In this document: positions 22,967-34,595 of the stretch, piece after piece
How the letters are laid out: each line of letters opens with the position of its first letter
Position numbering within the stretch: the stretch's first letter is position 1
Source of the DNA: Malacoraja senta
Taxonomy: Eukaryota
Assembly (NCBI GenBank): GCA_038087875.1
Contig: JAXLNO010000350.1
Location: 186,001-250,000, forward strand
Reading direction: 5' to 3'
DNA: 64,000 nucleotides
Position numbers and translations under genes: made by a program
The notes under the pieces: model-generated
What the model was told of the DNA's origin: nothing
What the model saw: only the letters and a program-made list of their open reading frames with translations
Databases searched by the model: none

Positions 22967-24028
22967 ATGGAGGACCACATGACGGGGCACAACAAGGCAA
23001 AGTATTATAGTTGCGATGTGTGTGGCAAGGCCTGCCGAGGCCCGAGCGAACTGGAGATCCACCGGCGGGTGCACACGGGCGAGAAGCCCTATGGCTGCTC
23101 CACCTGCGGCAAGAGCTTTGCCCTGTTGTCGAGGCTAGGGCTGCATCAGCAGGTGCACAGCAGTGAGCGGCCCTTCCCCTGCTCCGACTGCGGCAAAGGC
23201 TTCAAGACGTCTATGACCCTAATGAAGCACCGGCGTCTGCACAGGAGTGAGCGGCCCTACACCTGCAGCGACTGTGGCGAGGGCTTCATCGACTCCAGCA
23301 AGCTGGTGGTGCACCAGTGCACCCACACCGGCGAACACCCCTTCTGCTGCACCCAGTGCGGCAAGGGCTTCACCCACTCCAGCCACCTGCGGTACCACCA
23401 GCGCACCCACACCGGCGAGCGCCCCTTCACCTGCACCCAGTGCGACAAATGCTTCACCGGCTCCAGCAGCCTGCTGAGGCACCTGCGTAACCACACCGGC
23501 GAGCGCCCCTACATCTGCACCCAGTGCGGCAAGAGCTTCAGCGAATCCAGCAACCTGCTGAGGCACCAGCGCACTCACACCGGCGAACGCCCCTACACCT
23601 GCACCCAGTGCGGCAAGGGCTTCAGGGACTCCAGCCACCTGCTGAGGCACCAGCGCACTCACACCGGCGAACGCCCCTACACCTGCACCCAGTATGGCAA
23701 GCGCTTCACCCAATCCACCAGCCTGCTGCACCACCAGCGGGTGCAAGACTGCAAGCATCCAGTCCCTAGCCCGGTGTGTGGAGAGCCCTTTGCCATGGCC
23801 TCCCATGTCCTGTCTCACCAGCACGTGCACACCAGTGGCCAGCCCTACAACTGCCCGAACTGTGGTGAGGCGTTTGACAGCTCGCGGAGTTTGCGGCAGC
23901 ACCGGCGGACTCACGCTGGCGAGCAGCTGCTCCCACCGTTTCAAGAAGGCACGGGGGCTGCAGGAGCACCAGCGGATACACAGACCATGATGGAGAAGGT
24001 GAGGACAGACTCTACGATGGCCGTATAA
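22967..24028 (+). CDS. C2H2 zinc-finger array protein (unit A), 353 aa; 9 intact and 2 degenerate fingers; no KRAB seen
   Basis: Open ORF with C-x2-C-x12-H-x3-H repeats and TGE[KR]P linkers; acceptor ..CCATCCTGCAG| at 22850. Confidence 0.88.
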   Translation: MEDHMTGHNKAKYYSCDVCGKACRGPSELEIHRRVHTGEKPYGCSTCGKSFALLSRLGLHQQVHSSERPFPCSDCGKGFKTSMTLMKHRRLHRSERPYTCSDCGEGFIDSSKLVVHQCTHTGEHPFCCTQCGKGFTHSSHLRYHQRTHTGERPFTCTQCDKCFTGSSSLLRHLRNHTGERPYICTQCGKSFSESSNLLRHQRTHTGERPYTCTQCGKGFRDSSHLLRHQRTHTGERPYTCTQYGKRFTQSTSLLHHQRVQDCKHPVPSPVCGEPFAMASHVLSHQHVHTSGQPYNCPNCGEAFDSSRSLRQHRRTHAGEQLLPPFQEGTGAAGAPADTQTMMEKVRTDSTMAV

Positions 24029-25067
24029 AACTGGACCATCATTGCCTGTGGCAGATTGTGTTATCTCAGCTGCCGCAGGAAGTACGTTGTCTGTTGGGAC
24101 TTTTTGACTGGAGTCTATGGTGGCTTCCCATTGATCTATCCAACACTGATCTATTCTACATTTTCTCTGATCTCCATTCCCTTTGTACTGTTTTCACTCC
24201 TTACACTTCCTCATCTCTGTATCTCCCATCAGAGTGAAGGTGTAGTAGCCATTTCACTTAACTCAGTATGTTATAATTATAACCATTTACCTTTAAATTT
24301 TATCTGCCTGTAATTGTGTGGGTGTGAATTATACGTAGTCTGAGGCGTGTTCGCGGCTGGGATTCTCGCGCCGACGCCCTAGTAGTTTTAGTTTAGTTTA
24401 AAGAAGCATGGAAGAGAGGTCACAGCTTTCTACCATGCACGAGTTTGACCACAAGTAAAATCAAAATGTACTTCAACAAGAAGAAGTTTGGATGAATATC
24501 TTACTGTTTTTACTCCTACAATAAATAAACTACCAATTACGAGACTGTGTTTGGAAGATTTATCTTTTGACAGCAAGAAGAACTGCTCTGCCGCTGCTGT
24601 TAATCAAATCTCTAATGGTAAATTAGAAAAGCTGTTGATCAAGCAATACAATCATGACTTCAATGAAAGTACCAGTAAGGAATCAGAAGAAATGTCCAGG
24701 GAAGAGGTAAAGTTCTTGGATATTATGAACTACTCAGTAAAGATGATAGACGGACATTATTGTCTGGACTTACCTTTCGAACAAGAAAGTGTTAGTCTGC
24801 TGAATAATCGTCGTATGGCAGAGCAACGTACCCTGAATCTGAAACGCAAGTTTGGCAAGAATACAAAATGTCATGAAGGATATGATTGACAATGATTATG
24901 CCGAAATGGTACCAACAGACCAGCCGAATCGAAGTGATGGAGAGCTTTGGTACATTCTGCACCACGGGGTGTATTACACGAAGAAAGGGACCTTGATGGT
25001 GGTCTTTGACTGTGCTGCAGTCTTCAAAGGAACATCACTTAACTGTCAACTTCTGCAAGGTCCAGAC

Positions 25068-25662
25068 CGTGCCAGTTATACAGGGCCCTGGTGAGACCAC
25101 ACCTGGAGTATTGTGTGCAGTTTTGGTCCCCTAATTTGAGGAAGGACATTCTTGTTATTGAGGGAGTGCAGCGTAGGTTCACCGGGTTAATTCCCGGGAT
25201 GGCGGGACTGTCATATGCTGAGAGAATGGAGCAGCTGGGCTTGTACACTCTGGAGTTTAGAAGGATGAGAGGGAATCTCATTGAAACATATAAGATTGTT
25301 AAGGGCTTTGACAAACTAGAGGCAGGAAACATGTTCCCGATGTTGGGGGAGTCCAGAACCAGGGGCCACAGGTTAAGAATAAGGAGTAAGCCATTTAGAA
25401 CGGAGACGAGGAAACACTTTTTCTCACAGAGAGTGGTGAGTCTGTGCAATTCTCTGCCTCAGAGGGTGGTGGAGGCAGGTTCTCTGGATGCTTTCAAGAG
25501 AGAGCTAGGTAGGGCTCTTAAAAATAGCGTAGTCAGGGGATATGGGGAGAAGGCAGGAACGAGGTACTGATTGCGAATGATCAGCCATGATCACATTGAA
25601 TGGCGTTGCTGGCTCGAAGGGCCAAATGGCCTACTTCTGCACCTATTGTCTATTGTATATTG
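25068..25662 (+). mobile_element. CR1 3' fragment inserted in the Pao RT; unit A only
   Basis: ORF 25091..25570; the empty site in unit B reads GGTCCAGACCTTACC (~47672-47686). Confidence 0.88.
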
Positions 25663-26032
25663 ACCTTACCAACTCACTCATTGGAGTTCTCATTAAATTC
25701 AGACAAGAACCAATTGCTTTGATGGCTGAAATTAAAGCGATGTTTCATCAAGTCAAAGTATCGGAAAAACACATTGACTACTTGCGATAATGTGCTCGGA
25801 CGAAGTGCGTAGTTACCAGTCGGAATTATGGTCAATGAAGCATTCACATATTATTTCTGTTTCAAATAAAGTCACAAACTAAACATATTCACCAATCAAG
25901 ACGTGATATATACCACAATGACATGCAGCAAAATTACAATACATTAATTCATCTCTTTTTACACGTTGCAATGAATGCAATTTCTATTATTTCTTACCAC
26001 TTCCAAACCAAATTCTGGTTGGATTATTCAGC

Positions 26033-27117
26033 GTATGATCAACCTCGGTGAGACCAAGTGCAGGCTTGGCGATCGCTTCGCACAACACCTACACTCAGTT
26101 CGCAATAACCAACCTGATCTCCCGGTGACTCAGCATTTCAACTCCCCCTCCCATTCCGAATCCGACCTTTCTGTCCTGGGCCTTCTCCATGGCCAGAGTG
26201 AGTGGCTTCTCCAATTTCAGGTAGTCCTTGCTTTCTCCCTCCTTCCCCTCCCATTCCCAGCTCTCCCACAGCCTACAGTCTCCGCCTCTTCCTTTCTTTT
26301 TCCAGACCCCCACCCCCTCCCGAAATCAGTCTGAAGAAGGGTCTCGGCCCGAAACGTCGCCTATTCCTTCGCTCCATAGATGCTGCCTCACCCACTGATT
26401 TTCTCCAGCTTTGTCTACCAACGGGATCCCGCCACTGGCCACATCTTCCCATCTCCTCCCCTGTCCGTAACTCCCTGGTCAATTCGTCCCTTCCCACCCA
26501 AACCACCCCCTCTCCTTGCACTTTCCCTTGCAACTGCAGGAAATGCTACACTTCTCACTTTACCTCCCCCCTTGACTCCATTCAAGGACCCAAGCTGTCT
26601 TTCCTTGTGCGGCAGAGGTTCATATGCACCTCCTCCAACCTCATCTATTGCATCCTCTGCTCTAGGTGTCAGCTGCTCTACATCGGTGAGACCAAGGGTA
26701 GGCTTGGCGATCGCTTTGTCCAACACCTCCGCTTGGTTCGCAATAACCAACCTGATCTCCCGGTGGCTGAGCACTTCAACTCCTCCCATTCTGAATCCAA
26801 CCTTTCTGTCCTAGGCCTCCTCCATGGCCAGAGTGAGGCCCACCGTAAATTGGAGGAGCAGCACCTCATATTTTGCTTGGGCAGTTTACATCCCAGCGGT
26901 ATGAAAATTGACTTCTCCAATTTCAGGTAGTCCCTGCTTTCTACTCCACTTCCCAGCTCTCCCTCAGCCCACTGTCTCCGACCTCTTCCTTTCTTCTTCC
27001 TACACCCCGCACCCTCACATCAGTCTGAAGAAGGGTGTCGACCCGAAACGTCGCCTATTTCCTTCGTTCCATAGATGCTGCCTCACCCGCTGAGTTTCTC
27101 CAGCATTTTTGTCTACC
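26033..27117 (+). mobile_element. Two tandem Penelope-like 3' fragments (paralogs 48506-49696; partial inverted copy 60839-61296)
   Basis: LYIGETKGRLGDRFVQH GIY-YIG peptide; two pLTRs with CTGAAGA..GAAACGTC. Confidence 0.85.
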
Positions 27118-27655
27118 CATTCACACAAGTTCTGTTATCCCACTTTCCTCACCCACTCCCTACACATTAGGGGCAATTTTACAGAGACCAGTTATCCTAC
27201 AAAGCCAATGCGTCTTTGGGATGTGGGAGGAAACCTACATGCTTGCAGGGAGAATGTGCAAATTCAACACAGGCAGTGCCCGTGGACAGGATCGAACACA
27301 GATCTCTGGCGTGTGAGGCAGCAAGTCCACCAGCTGTGCCACTATATTTTATTTTCCAACACACAAAAAATTATATGTTGATAATTTTGGTTACTAAAAA
27401 AAAGGAACTATCCTTTTTCAGTCTTAAATCTCTAAGTGACGTAAAGTCCCCCTTTACAGCTACTGTTTGTTTTAATTCAGTTCAAGACTATGGGGCAGTA
27501 CATTGGCCATAAAGTTGCTGCCTAAAATTGCCAGAGACCCGGAATTGACTCTGAATATGGGTGTTGTATGTATGGAGTTTGCTCCTTTTCCCTTTGATCA
27601 CATGGGTTTTCTCCGGGTGCTCTTGTTTCCTTCCACATTCCAAAGTTGTGCAGGA
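27118..27655. mobile_element. Two tRNA-derived SINE fragments (HE1/V-SINE-like): 27118-27341 (-) and 27490-27655 (+)
   Basis: GTGGCACAGCTGGT..GTTCGATCC Pol III boxes on - strand; GGAGTTTG..GGGTTTTCTCCGGGTGCTC..CCACATTCCAAAG body; paralogs at 49697-49920, 51281-51447 and 60372-60838. Confidence 0.7.
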
Positions 27656-29815
27656 ACCTTTTTCACACCCAAAACGTAATATTTTTCTTTTGTCCAGAGA
27701 TTCTGTCGACCTGTTGAGTTACTCCAGCTTTTTGAGTCTATCTTCAGTTTAAACCAGCATCTGCAGTTCCTTCCTACACACACGATACTATACGATAGAA
27801 CTTTATTAATCCCAGGAGGGAAATTGTGTGTGTGTGTATAGTTATATATTCATATATAATACACTGTTTTGTTTTCTCGTTTATAACATTGTTTACAGAG
27901 TACTATGTTTACATAATCTGTTGTGCTGCTGCAAGGAAGGATTTCATTGTTCTGACTGGGACGTGAGAGAATAAAACACTCTTGACTCTTGTCGCTAATG
28001 TGTGGGATAGAACTAGTGTACGGGTGATCGATGGTCGGCGTGGACTTGGTGGGCCGAAGGGCCTGTTTCCACGCTGTATCTTTAAATTAAACTAAAAACA
28101 CTAAAACCAGAGGAAATCTAAAGAAGGGTCTCTACCCGAAACGTCACCCAATTTCTTCTATCCAGAGATGCTGGCTGCTGCATGGAGTTCCCCCGCACAA
28201 TTAAACCATGGAATAGTCTTCATCCTACTATAGGTACCCAACCAGACGCAATTACATTTAAGGTACCTCTTTTTTCCCTCCAAGAACCCTTTTTTTGCTT
28301 AAGTCCAAGTCAAGAGACAAGAGAGTTTTATTGTCATGTGTCCCAGATAGGACAATTAAATCCTTGCTTGCTGCAGCACAACAGAATATGTAAACATAAT
28401 ACAGAACAGGAGATAAAAGTTCAGTGTGTCTATATACCATAGACCATATATATATATACACAATAAATAAACAGATAAAATGCAATAGACTATTATTTTT
28501 CAGTTTGGTGGTGGTGGGTCCAGTCCTGTTTAAATTCCATTTTGAATATTTTTGGAGGACCAGGAAACCAAGAAGCAAGATTTACTCCAGGTAGTTACTC
28601 CAGCTCCAGCGAGTGATTCTGCGTTGGTTTCAGCGGTCGCGGCGAGTCGGCGACCGGTCAGCAATGGCGGCCAGATCTCCCACAATGAAAGTGGCGGACG
28701 TCGACCAGTTGCAGTGGCAGTGGCAGTGCGCATGGCCAATGATGTGCTGGCCAAAGATCCTCGCTATAGGATCTTTGTTGCTGGCCGTGGTTGTGCGCAT
28801 GTGGAGGGGGAAGATGTGCAGGCCGTGGCAGTGTGCATGTGTAAGGCGGCCTGCCGTGCGGCGGATGAGGAGAGAGCGGAGACCCGGCGGCCCGGACACG
28901 GATATGGATGGCGGGCGGAGAGGGAGAGTGACAGAGAGAGAGATAGAGAGGGGGCCCGCTCATAATTAAACGATAGGTGTCCCGGGTGCTTGCCAAGCCG
29001 GGCGAAATGGCACGGCTTTTAGGTTGCCCGGCGGGACTGTAGGTTGCCATTGGCAACCGGGCAACCGTTAATTTCGAGCCCTGGAGTTGGATTTGGGCAA
29101 AGACAATCTGCCAATGGAAAGAGCATTGGGACTGCATTGGTGTGTTCAAGTTCAGAATCTCGATTCAAGAGCGACCATGTACTAGAAGGGGTATCCTGTC
29201 CGTGATTGGTTCCGTTTATGACCCTTTGGGATTTCTTGCACCATTTACTCTGCCAGCCAAGTAGATTTTGCAGGATCTTTGTAAGGAAAAACAGAATCTC
29301 TTTTGTATTGGGAGCTACTAATGTTTCACAATGGAAATATGTTAACACAAAGGAAAATCCTGCGGATGAAGCTTCTAGAGGACTAACAGCAGGCAGCTTC
29401 TTAACGAACAAGAGATGGATCAATGGACTGGAATTTCTCTGTAAGCCAGACAGAGAATGGCCATAATTTGAGCTGGCATTTGAAATCTCTGCTAATGATC
29501 CGGAAATTAAACAAAACATCACAGTGAACGTTATTGCTAAAAATCCTATTATTTTGAAGGATTTTCACATTCCAACATTATCGTTACAACATATCCATGA
29601 ATTGATCGGACATGGAAGAAGAAGTTTCATGCTGACAAAACTTTGGACTTTTCAGTTTTGGACTAGATACTGGCGAACATGCCTGCTGACGTTAACGGTT
29701 TGCTGCGTACAGTACTACTTCAGACTAAGAATAATGTTTTAATAAGGCTAATAACCAAGTTATGCTTGCTTCTAGAAAGCGAAGGTGAAGATGGAAGAAT
29801 CGCTAAAGAAGTCTA

Positions 29816-30213
29816 AACCTCATTACACAGGATCCCACCCACCCCTGCACAAGTCCTTCCAATTTCTGCCATCAGGCGCCGATATAAAGTCCCCCTATCT
29901 AAGAAAAACATCACAAAAACTCATTCATACCCATTGCCATAAACAGCTTAAATAAAAAATGAACAATGGACAAATTAACCCTGACGCACTGTCACTTTAC
30001 ACGTATCCACAACTTTCATCTTGTCTATTTTTACAGTTTTTAATCCTTATACTTGCTTTTAAGATCAATACACACGGTGTGTGCTCTGCAGAAATCTGTG
30101 TTGTATGACTGCTTCTCAGTACATTGTCCTGTTTGTATGTTGAGCCACGCCAAAGAAGATTTTCTGTTAAACAATAACAGACAATAAAGTTTTCTGAATC
30201 TGAATCTGAATCT
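29816..30213 (+). mobile_element. Rex/Babar-like LINE 3' fragment; unit A only
   Basis: DPTHPLHKSFQFLPSGARY C-terminal motif; AATAAA plus (TCTGAA)n tail; absent at the unit B site (~53625). Confidence 0.7.
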
Positions 30214-30618
30214 ATAATTCATGAGATTTTTTTGTGTTTTATATATGTTAAGCTTTTATAGCTCCTTTTTTTAATGTCTATTAGTAATTGCCTCGTTGTA
30301 TACTCAGAACAATTAGGGGTCGGTATGCAGTAGCCATTTAGCTTGACTCAGTATGTTATAACTAGAACCAGTTGCCTTTCAATTTTATCTGCCTGTAATT
30401 ACATGGGTGGGGTTTATACGTAGTCTGATGCGTGTTGCGGCTGGGATTAGAAACATAGAAACATAGAAAATAGTGCATGAGGGGCAATTCGGGCCTTTCG
30501 AGCCATTCTTTGTGATCATGGCTGATCATCCCCAATCAATAACCCGTGCCTGCCTTCTCCAATATCCCCTTGATTCCACTAGCTACCGAGTGCACTATCT
30601 AACACTCTCTTAAATCCA

Positions 30619-30818
30619 NNNNNNNNNNNNNNNNNNNNNNNNNNNNNNNNNNNNNNNNNNNNNNNNNNNNNNNNNNNNNNNNNNNNNNNNNNNNNNNNNN
30701 NNNNNNNNNNNNNNNNNNNNNNNNNNNNNNNNNNNNNNNNNNNNNNNNNNNNNNNNNNNNNNNNNNNNNNNNNNNNNNNNNNNNNNNNNNNNNNNNNNNN
30801 NNNNNNNNNNNNNNNNNN
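30619..30818. other. Assembly gap (200 N)
   Basis: Run of N between units A and B. Confidence 0.99.
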
Positions 30819-31112
30819 CCGGACCAGCAGGTCCAGGAACAGCTGCTTCCCTGCGGCTGTTACACTACTCAACACTGTACCTCGGTGACTGCCAATCACC
30901 CCCCCCCCCCCCCCCCGGACACTCCTCCCACCAGGATTTATTAGATTTATTTATTGCTCATATTTATGTCGCTCTTCTAGGGAGATGCTAACTGCATTTT
31001 GTTGTCTCTGTACTGTACACTGCACAATGACAATAAAGTTGAATCTGAATCTGAATCTGAATGGCCTGATTCTGCTCCTAGAACTTATGGAAGGAAGTGT
31101 CCTGTGTTTCAG

Positions 31113-31311
31113 GTCCTGTGTTCATCTACAATCCATCGAGTGTTTACATGGGACTTATAAACGCTCCTGGTTTCTCCCGAGGGGAGGAATCTCGAATCCC
31201 GGGTTCCATCTCAACTACGACGCTCCCCTTTGTGAAGCAGGAAGAGGGGGAGACAGGGATCGATCCGGGATTTTCCCAGCAAGAACACGGAAAAGAATCC
31301 CATCTGTCTGA
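31113..31311 (+). other. Putative terminal exon of an unidentified transcript (identical copy 57323-57521)
   Basis: Acceptor-like TGTGTTTCAG|G; open frame SCVHLQSIECLHGTYKRSW...RIPSV*; AATAAA ~31660; no repeat similarity recognised. Confidence 0.35.
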
Positions 31312-31719
31312 GGAGGTTTCTCAATCTATCTCTGAGATATCGTGTGAGAGAGAGAGAGGGAGTGGGGATGGGAGGAGAGAGGGAGACGGGGGAGAGAGAA
31401 GGAAGGGGAGGAGAGAAGGAGGGGGAGGAGAGAAGGAGGGGAGGAGAGAAGGAGGGGGAGGAGAGAAGGAGGGGGAGAAAGGGTTAACGTTTAGGTTTAT
31501 TATTGTCACATGTACTGAGGGACAGTGAAAAGTTTGTTTTGCTTGTAAACAGATTAGATAATACAGTAGATAAACTGTGACCCTCTCCCCTCCGGCCCCT
31601 TACACCCCCTTATGAGAGAGGGGACGGGGGAAGAATTATTTTTTAAGCCTTGTATATAAAAATAAATAAAATTGTTTAAATCAAGATGTATTCTCTGAAT
31701 TTAATTTAAGGGGGTGTTG

Positions 31720-31870
31720 TGGCCGACCTCACCTGCCCTCACCAAGATGGCCGCCGTCATCCCCTCACCAATCAGCGGCGCCGACCTCACCAAGATGGCC
31801 GTCCCGGGCCCCGCCTCCCGATCGACCGCATCAAGATGGCGGTGTCGTCGCTGCTGAGCGGCGGCCTAAG
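31720..31870 (+). promoter_or_regulatory. Promoter and exon 1, unit B
   Basis: Three CAAGATGGC motifs, CCAATCA; ATG 31836 MAVSSLLSGGL (in-frame 18-bp deletion vs A and C); donor AG|GTAAAT at 31870/31871. Confidence 0.72.
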
Positions 31871-32644
31871 GTAAATAATGTTATAAATCAGCCGGGGATT
31901 GAGCGGGATCGGGTCAATATGGGGGAGAAGTGAGGTAAATCACCACATAAAGTAACTACACTAACGTGTATCTATCTATCTATCTATCTATCTGTGGGGA
32001 TACACAACTGGGGTCAAACTGGTTCTAAACCAGCCTCCCCCTCTTATTCACTGAGGGAAATAACCTTATAAATACATCAATAAATAAATACATCAGCAGC
32101 GGAATAAATAAATAAATAAATAAACCCGGTAAATGTAGGGGAGAGAGAGAGAGAGAGAGAGAGAGCTGAGGTAAATCACCACATAAATAAACTACACGTC
32201 TGGGGCAAAACTGGGCTCAATTATATCAACTCACCGTCTGGAGCAGCGTCCTGAGATAAAACACCTTATAAACATCTATCTCCCTCTCTCTGGCTCCCCC
32301 CCTCTCTGTAAATAATCAATAAATCACCAAACTACACGTCTGGGGGAATAAACCCGGTAAATCTGGTGGAGACCTGAGGTAAATAATGTTAGAAACCCAC
32401 AGGGGAGTGAAATAAACCCGGTAAATCTGGGGTAAAACTGAGGTCAATGATGTTAGAAACCCACAGGGGAGTGAAATAAACCCGGTAAATCTGGGGTAAA
32501 ACTGAGGTCAATAATGTTAGAAACCCACAGGGGAGTGAAATAAATCAGCAAACAGTAGACAATAGGTGCAGGAGGAGGCCATTCGGCCCTTCGAACCAGC
32601 ACCCCCCATTCAATGTGATCATGGCTGATCGTCCCCAATCAGTA

Positions 32645-33674
32645 ACAAATTGTGAGATTTAAAAAATCAAGTCTGCAATTTATCCCATCAGATAAAGCAT
32701 AAAAAGAAGTTTAATTTGACACTTAATTCACTTTCATATCTTCAGTATTAAAAAAGTTATGGCCATTATCATACTCAGAAATTAGCATCTTGTTCCCTAT
32801 TGCTTTTCCATTGACTTAACACAAAAGCTGTGATCGAGGACAGTTAAAAGCCCATAACTTTCTTAAAATTTATGGTAACTGAAAGAAATTTTCAGGTATT
32901 ATAGATTGAAGCATTCTGAAACAAATATGAAACAATCTTACTTCGAGGACATGAAAGTAAAGCATATAATTAGTTAGTTACCTAATTGTAGCTAATTACA
33001 AAATTCAATTACTAGATCTAAACATCTATCAATTTCTTAAGAATAGATTAACATTTTTAAATAGCCTAAGTGTCCAAATAATATTCACACAATAATTCAC
33101 AATATAACATAATTTTTAAATCTAATTTTCATGAATTTACAGGCCAAATGGAAGGAATTGAATGTTTAATACCTGTAAATTAATGGGGATTTAATTCATC
33201 TTGCGAGTGAGGATTTCTGGAACGCGATCTTTTGGAACGTTGATTTGCGGTGAATTTAACCCCGTATTGGCATGAAAAATACTGCCGTTAATTCGGGGAA
33301 TAAAATCACCGTGTCGCATGACAAAATGTGAATTAAAGGCTTCTTAAGAAGCACTTTTATACATTTAAAGAAAGCACTTTCGTTTACCTGTCCATTGTGT
33401 GAAATCCGTCCCCGTTATTGGCGTTGACGCTTCAGGAGCTGCTTTTAAAATGACTGTAGCGCTGACATTGACGATTTAATTTAAAAAAAAAATTCACAAA
33501 ACGCCGGTAGGAACGATTTTGTCAGAGTTTGTTTGTACTCCAACAAAATATTTCCAGGACAAGGGAGGAGAAACCGCGTTTTAACCCCGCCCCCCCCTTA
33601 AAGGCGCCAAAATCGCGCACACGGCCAGTGGCAGAATTACAGCGCGACTGAAGGTAAGTTTTGTAACATACCTA
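32645..33674. mobile_element. AT-rich ~1-kb insertion, probably a non-autonomous DNA transposon (unclassified); unit B only
   Basis: Ends ..TTTTGTAACATACCTA; absent from A and C; flanked by a ~0.55-0.6-kb direct duplication. Confidence 0.45.
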
Positions 33675-34136
33675 CTTATTCACTGAGGGAAATAACCTTA
33701 TAAATACATCAATAAATAAATACATCAATAAATACATCAGCAGCGGAATAAATAAATAAATAAATAAACCCGGTAAATGTGGGGGAGAGAGAGAGAGAGA
33801 GAGAGAGAGAGCTGAGGTAAATCACCACATAAATAAACTACACGTCTGGGGCAAAACTGGGCTCAATTATATCAACTCACCGTCTGGAGCAGCGTCCTGA
33901 GATAAAACACCTTATAAACATCTATCTCCCTCTCTCTGGCTCCCCCCCTCTCTGTCAATAATCAATAAATCACCAAACTACACGTCTGGGGGAATAAACC
34001 CGGTAAATCTGGTGGAGACCTGAGGTCAATAATGTTAGAAACCCACAGGGGAGTGAAATAAACCCGGTAAATCTGGGGTAAAACTGAGGTCAATAATGTT
34101 AGAAACCCACAGGGGAGTGAAATAAATCAGCAAACA

Positions 34137-34595
34137 GTAGACAACAGGTGCAGGAGGAGGCCATTCGGCCCTTCGAACCAGCACCGCCATGCAATGTGAT
34201 CATGGCTGATCATCCCCAATCAGTACCACATTCCTGCCTTCCCCACATATCCCCATATCTTTAAGAGCCCAATCTAGCTCTCTCTCGAAAGTATCCAGAG
34301 AACCGGCCTCCAAGGGAGAGAATTCCACAGACTCACAACTCTCTGGGTGAAAAAGTCTTTCCTCATCTCCTTATTCTTAAACTGTGGCCCCTGGTTCTGG
34401 TCTCCCCCAACATCGGGAACATGTTTCCTGCCTCTAGCGTGTCCAAACCCTTAATAATCTTATGTATCAATAAGATAACCTCTCATCCTTCTAAATTCCA
34501 GAGCATACAAGCCCAGCCGCCCCAGTCTATCAACATATGACAGTCCCGCCATCCCTTGTGAACCTACGCTGCACTCCCTCAATAGCAAGAATGTC
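34137..34595 (-). mobile_element. CR1 3' fragment (paralog 58717-59145)
   Basis: CR1 3' UTR and ORF2 end. Confidence 0.82.

Larger units (their letters stand above)
25783..29083 (+). mobile_element. 5-bp-TSD hAT-like composite element, left end deleted (paralog of 48155-52872)
   Basis: Right TIR TTAATTTCGAGCCCTG then GAGTT; deletion junction with Pao at TGCGAT microhomology. Confidence 0.72.
24241..30448 (+). mobile_element. BEL/Pao LTR retrotransposon, decayed and internally deleted (unit A)
   Basis: 5' LTR starts TGTAGTAGCC at 24241; WYILHHGVY..VVFDCAA..LLQGPD; QWKYVNTKENPADEASRG; PPT-like TAGGGGTCGGTA then 3' LTR from 30326, truncated by CR1. Confidence 0.88.

Noticed and set aside
23219..23944. 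Antisense and alternate-frame ORFs over the ZNF arrays (also 45581-46276)
   Set aside because: Shadow frames of GC-rich 84-bp finger repeats.
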